From Botryllus schlosseri (lineage: Eukaryota), in the NCBI GenBank assembly GCA_051294905.1, contig CM119385.1, positions 11,842,001 to 11,906,000 on the forward strand: a DNA stretch of 64,000 bases. Direction: 5' to 3'. The translations under genes and the position numbers were made by a program. Positions 62,601 to 64,000 of the stretch are shown here, piece after piece. The notes under the pieces were generated by a model, which made no database searches, was not told where the DNA came from, and worked only from the letters and a program-made list of their open reading frames with translations. Within the stretch, counting starts at the first letter, position 1. Each line of letters starts with the position of its first letter.

Positions 62601-63513
62601 TTAGACAGCTTCCCGGTTTGCAAAACAAACTCCAGCAGGAGATTTATAGCCAGGTGTTGATCCGCGATCGGTATGCTGCCGCTGTTTGGTTTAGAGGCGC
62701 CCTGCGACCTCGGCACGAGCTCACTAAAAACGCGGCAAGTCAACAATTGAAATTTTCTGTCGTTTCTTGCATACTCCATATTATAACCCGTGCTCAGAGG
62801 TGGTCAGTTACAAAGTACTTGTATTATATGTCACATTTTATCAGTATCATGTGAAACAGCCCTTGTGTCAAGGTAATCGCACGTATTTGCAATGTCGTTT
62901 GTCACTTCATTGGTGGCTAATTCCATTATAATTTAGCAAGGGCTGTAATGCATATCCTCAGAATTGTCCAATATATACATATGCTATTATTTTTTGCAGT
63001 CTCAGTAAATAAAAATAGAAGGTAAATTACTAACACTAGGTAATTCACACATTTTATTCTCTACCTCCACCTTCAACGGTTTTGATATGTCTTAAAAATC
63101 GCTACTCCGCTTGTAATTGACTAGAAATTTAGAGCCCTACATCTACTTCTACTTGAGTAGCAAATCTGACAACTTTCATAACCTCTGCCCGGGATGCTGC
63201 CATCTAAAAACTATCATTGTCCATAATTCCGCAAGCAGCACAGGCCTACTGTACGTCCAGGCAAATTTATGCCATAATTCAATACGCAAGGTGCTATACA
63301 TCTATACATCTCTACACATCTACACATCAGTCTACACATCACTCTATACATCTCTACATCTATACATCTATACTACATTCATGTCACTTACCCGAGAGCA
63401 ACAGTTTTTAAGAATTCCTTTGATTTCGCCATCACAGTCAGCCAGGTTTGTGAAATTTGCGTCGTGTCGTACATCGAACCTGGTGGCAACGCCCGGAACG
63501 CATTCAAGGTATC
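2421..63513 (-). CDS. HERC2: E3 ubiquitin-protein ligase HERC2 orthologue, multi-exon, 5'-partial (about 89 exons in window)
   Basis: Exons were read by hand with splice sites and phases checked: 2421-2674, 4077-4221, 4285-4374, 4565-4777, 4839-4944, 6689-6768, 6830-6925, 6984-7105, 8013-8213, 8276-8420, 9198-9445, 10566-10812, 11484-11661, 12065-12175, 12240-12593, 13483-13589, 13772-13879, 13941-14139, 14565-14695, 14966-15121, 15181-15269, 15791-15904, 16612-16868, 17710-17797, 17865-17975, 18785-19033, 20130-20511, 21203-21357, 21962-22116, 23171-23301, 24145-24344, 24830-25028, 25820-25969, 26038-26156, 26565-26691, 27432-27641, 27752-27907, 28128-28328, 32651-32865, 33280-33571, 34248-34445, 35234-35332, 35390-35530, 35890-36004, 36282-36522, 37131-37214, 37300-37451, 37514-37599, 38056-38128, 38608-38834, 39356-39799, 40718-40952, 41484-41768, 41996-42086, 42156-42347, 43538-43643, 43702-43815, 44704-44893, 46619-46871, 47308-47471, 47533-47876, 48267-48490, 48722-48896, 48999-49206, 49701-49882, 50115-50332, 50394-50499, 50874-51034, 51212-51428, 52315-52515, 53478-53649, 53743-53882, 54695-54840, 55512-55605, 55665-55778, 56448-56584, 56672-56744, 57552-57682, 57742-57910, 59635-59860, (60028-60061 uncertain), 60202-60366, 60427-60641, 61108-61280, 61749-61891, 62023-62104, 62359-62476, 62535-62723, 63392-63513. 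HERC2-diagnostic peptides include [57 protein letters not shown] and [12 protein letters not shown]. Domain order matches HERC2. Confidence 0.96.
2983..3895. mobile_element. Nested MITEs rich in GACTCGAGTC; inner element 3056-3747 with CAGTGTTG-type ends
   Basis: The inner element is the reverse complement of 58074-59040 at both ends. Its flanks cttgactt / ctggactt match at 7 of 8 positions. The outer related ends are cagtgtgggg (2983) and cgacactg (3895). Confidence 0.7.
4077..8420 (-). CDS. HERC2: HERC2 HECT domain exons (nine exons; catalytic Cys codon at 4323-4321)
   Basis: Peptides read [64 protein letters not shown] and [17 protein letters not shown]. Confidence 0.97.
5883..6611. mobile_element. 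hAT-type MITE, 729 bp
   Basis: TIRs are CAGTGTTTCCCAACC / GGTTGGGAACCACTG, with a perfect 8-bp TSD CACTATAC (5875-5882, 6612-6619). Confidence 0.92.
8505..9045. repeat. Interspersed repeat with internal inverted GTGAATTCGGCACTTG motifs around GGTTAGGGGTTAG; inverted second copy at ~18010-18300
   Basis: Shared blocks include tattcagtgaaa, caatattgatgcatc and gtgccgaattcac in opposite orientations. The layout resembles non-autonomous Helentron-like elements (inference). Confidence 0.55.
9690..10169. mobile_element. Copy of the CAGGGTTG / GACTCGAGTC MITE family, left end eroded
   Basis: It is collinear with 22365-22918 and ends CAACCCTG at 10169. Confidence 0.75.
10566..14139 (-). CDS. HERC2: HERC2 RCC1-like domain 3 exons
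   Basis: Canonical RCC1 repeats are present: [56 protein letters not shown]. Confidence 0.95.
10940..11290. repeat. Long-TIR repeat family arm (GAATAGTATATTCATATTGAAATGAACCCGAATATTTTCGGCTGACACTCGTCAGGGGTAATC...)
   Basis: Other copies lie at ~10400-10525, 14820-14900 (rc), 17350-17620, 23555-23820, 41135-41375, 42488-43035, 47930-48025 and 49900-50055 (rc). Confidence 0.85.
11705..12038. mobile_element. Degenerate hAT-type MITE; related copy at ~19670-20035
   Basis: Ends are tagtggttcctaa / gtgggaatcattg. It shares the block gagcttgataagggggc with 19990-20010. The flanks only partly match. Confidence 0.5.
21962..27641 (-). CDS. HERC2: HERC2 RCC1-like domain 2 exons
   Basis: Peptides read [73 protein letters not shown] and [11 protein letters not shown]. 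Confidence 0.95.
22365..22918. mobile_element. hAT-type MITE, 554 bp, with GACTCGAGTC arrays
   Basis: Ends are CAGTGTTGTAA / TTACAACCCTG, with a perfect 8-bp TSD GCAATTTC (22357-22364, 22919-22926). Confidence 0.92.
24074..24101. repeat. (CT)n(CA)n microsatellite
   Basis: The sequence reads tctctctctctgtcacacacacacacacac. Confidence 0.9.
25110..25621. mobile_element. Inverted copy of the 22365-22918 MITE family
   Basis: The right end ggttacaaccctg and internal blocks are the reverse complement of 22365-22918. Further partial copies lie at 18640-18685, 40083-40550, 47040-47098 and 48513-48600. Confidence 0.85.
27752..32865 (-). CDS. HERC2: HERC2 DOC/APC10-like domain exons (32651-32865, 28128-28328, 27752-27907)
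   Basis: Peptides read [20 protein letters not shown] and [20 protein letters not shown]. The domain is split by a 4.3-kb transposon-filled intron. Confidence 0.88.
28770..29205 (-). mobile_element. 5'-truncated CR1/L2-group LINE remnant with (CCTCTC)n tail
   Basis: It encodes [44 protein letters not shown], homologous to the C-terminus of the ORF at 2-1324, followed by a UTR and a microsatellite tail. Confidence 0.8.
29594..31223. mobile_element. Foldback-type element, 1630 bp, ~780-bp inverted arms and ~90-bp spacer
   Basis: 29594-~30372 is the reverse complement of ~30460-31223. Termini are TAGGGTTGTCC / GGACAACCCTA, with a perfect 8-bp TSD GAGTGCAC (29586-29593, 31224-31231). Confidence 0.95.
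31634..32306. mobile_element. hAT-type MITE, 673 bp
   Basis: TIRs are CAGGGGTGGCCAACC / GGTTGCCCACCCCTG, with a perfect 8-bp TSD ATATAGAC (31626-31633, 32307-32314). Confidence 0.92.
33280..34445 (-). CDS. HERC2: HERC2 ZZ zinc-finger exons
   Basis: The spliced peptide is [46 protein letters not shown]. Confidence 0.93.
34606..34927. mobile_element. Older hAT-type MITE, ~320 bp
   Basis: Ends are caggggctcttaacc / ggttacgaagcgccg. The flanks acttagaa / acttacaa match at 7 of 8 positions. Confidence 0.65.
35234..36004 (-). CDS. HERC2: HERC2 CPH domain exons
   Basis: The spliced peptide is [72 protein letters not shown]. Confidence 0.93.
37131..37451 (-). CDS. HERC2: HERC2 UBA-like domain exons
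   Basis: The peptide [18 protein letters not shown]...[12 protein letters not shown] carries the UBA signature L-x-x-MGF...A...WLLEH. Confidence 0.8.
37715..37863. repeat. Fragment of the AAGTAGAAGT-rich MITE family (CAGAGGTGG...CCACCTC ends)
   Basis: Related fragments lie near 4405, 14230-14490, 19540-19640, 20710-20890, 33668, 41830, 46420-46500, 58024-59180 and 63130. Confidence 0.55.
42488..43035. mobile_element. Palindromic copy of the long-TIR family: two ~250-bp arms joined head to head
   Basis: 42488-~42740 pairs with ~42750-43004 (ttgaatagtata ... tatactattcaa), centred on gtcgactccaaaatttgac. Confidence 0.9.
43049..43407. mobile_element. TAGGG-terminated MITE, 359 bp
   Basis: The 12-bp TIR is TAGGGTTGTTCA / TGAACAACCCTA. 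The flanks atatatat / ctagatat match at 6 of 8 positions. Confidence 0.7.
44704..46871 (-). CDS. HERC2: HERC2 MIB-HERC2 domain exons
   Basis: The spliced peptide is [26 protein letters not shown]...DGWVRVKW...[13 protein letters not shown]. Confidence 0.93.
45150..45570 (+). mobile_element. Decayed 3' fragment of a CR1/L2-group LINE
   Basis: It encodes [39 protein letters not shown] stem-loop (gggtggcgac...aaggcct...gtcgtctccc agtc) and aataaa follow, resembling 1539-1616. Confidence 0.7.
45623..46188. repeat. MITE-like element with (GGTAT)n / (ATACC)n subterminal inverted arrays
   Basis: The ends are gcatggtatggtatgga ... tccacaccataccataccacgc, with internal tatggaa repeats. Confidence 0.55.
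48025..48172. repeat. Degenerate tandem repeat (~35-40 bp unit, GAAAAGTGAG...TTCTAGTT)
   Basis: About four units are visible, directly following a long-TIR family arm. Confidence 0.6.
56448..61280 (-). CDS. HERC2: HERC2 RCC1-like domain 1 exons, highly diverged
   Basis: The region lies between anchors matching HERC2 (FLNRAAC upstream; CPFVLQPD and [16 protein letters not shown] downstream). Residual RCC1 features are [27 protein letters not shown] and FHVWG. Confidence 0.75.
58074..59040. mobile_element. hAT-type MITE, 967 bp, inserted into an AAGTAGAAGT-family repeat
   Basis: Ends are CAGTGTTGTGAT / ATCCCAACACTG, with a perfect 8-bp TSD CTAAGTAT (58066-58073, 59041-59048) and subterminal TTGACTCGAGTCAA arrays. 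Confidence 0.93.
63294..63378. repeat. Degenerate TCTA(T/C)ACA minisatellite next to the donor of exon 63392-63513
   Basis: The sequence reads tatacatctatacatctctacacatctacacatc... Confidence 0.8.
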
Positions 63514-64000
63514 CTGAAATGAAGACAATATAAAGATGCGACTATGGTATATTCAGAAACTCAATATAAAAACATGCATAGCGTACACAGGTGGCAAGCA
63601 AGGAAGTATTTGTACTTTTTCTATTTTTACTCAGATTTTGCCTACTTGCACAATTTACTGAAGTTGTTAGGTTTTTAGATAACTTCTACCTCGGCTTGAC
63701 AGTTTTTTAGGCCAAACTACTTCGTTTTCATATATTGGATTTTGTAAAGTAGGCCTAAATGAGTTGTTTTGGAATGGGTTTGCATCAGTTTTATGACTCA
63801 ATCTGTCATAATCATGTGGGCGAAATAGCATGTGTATTATGGTAACTGAATTTATCTTCAAAAACTCCACCCATTTGCACTACAATTAGTCATTTTGTGG
63901 AAGTTGCAATTCTTTGACCAAACTACCATTTGAAACTAATCACTTCAGTAAATTTGAGACACTCCTTTTCTAGTTCCATTCGTGTAGCTTCAATATATCT

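Noticed and set aside
1408-63870. The many 60-150 aa plus-strand ORFs
   Set aside because: They are antisense shadows of GC-rich HERC2 exons or chance frames in repeats, and none has independent motifs.

Overview
This is eukaryotic (animal) genomic DNA with AT-rich introns and a sharp class of 57-68 nt introns; an ascidian-like invertebrate is my low-confidence guess. Almost the whole window (2421 to beyond 64000, minus strand) is one gene, an orthologue of the giant HECT E3 ligase HERC2. I traced about 89 exons with phase-compatible junctions: all are GT-AG except one GC-AG, one 34-nt exon is uncertain, and the 5' exons lie beyond the right edge. The domain order is RLD1 (strongly degenerate), MIB-HERC2, UBA-like, CPH, ZZ, DOC, RLD2, RLD3, HECT. 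Positions 1-1632 hold the 3' part of a CR1/L2-group non-LTR retrotransposon with an uninterrupted RT frame, convergent with HERC2. The introns are packed with non-autonomous DNA transposons, several with perfect 8-bp target-site duplications (hAT type). The most notable is a 3.9-kb nested stack (28500-32407) containing a LINE remnant, a 1.63-kb foldback with ~780-bp arms and a further MITE. The main protein-level oddities are apparent loss of the cytochrome-b5-like domain, decay of RLD1 while RLD2/3 stay canonical, and an extra terminal exon that lengthens the tail and shows SQ where the human RNF8-docking site is TQ. I found no transposase, RNA gene or CRISPR array. Comparisons with human HERC2 are from my recollection of that sequence, not from an alignment run.
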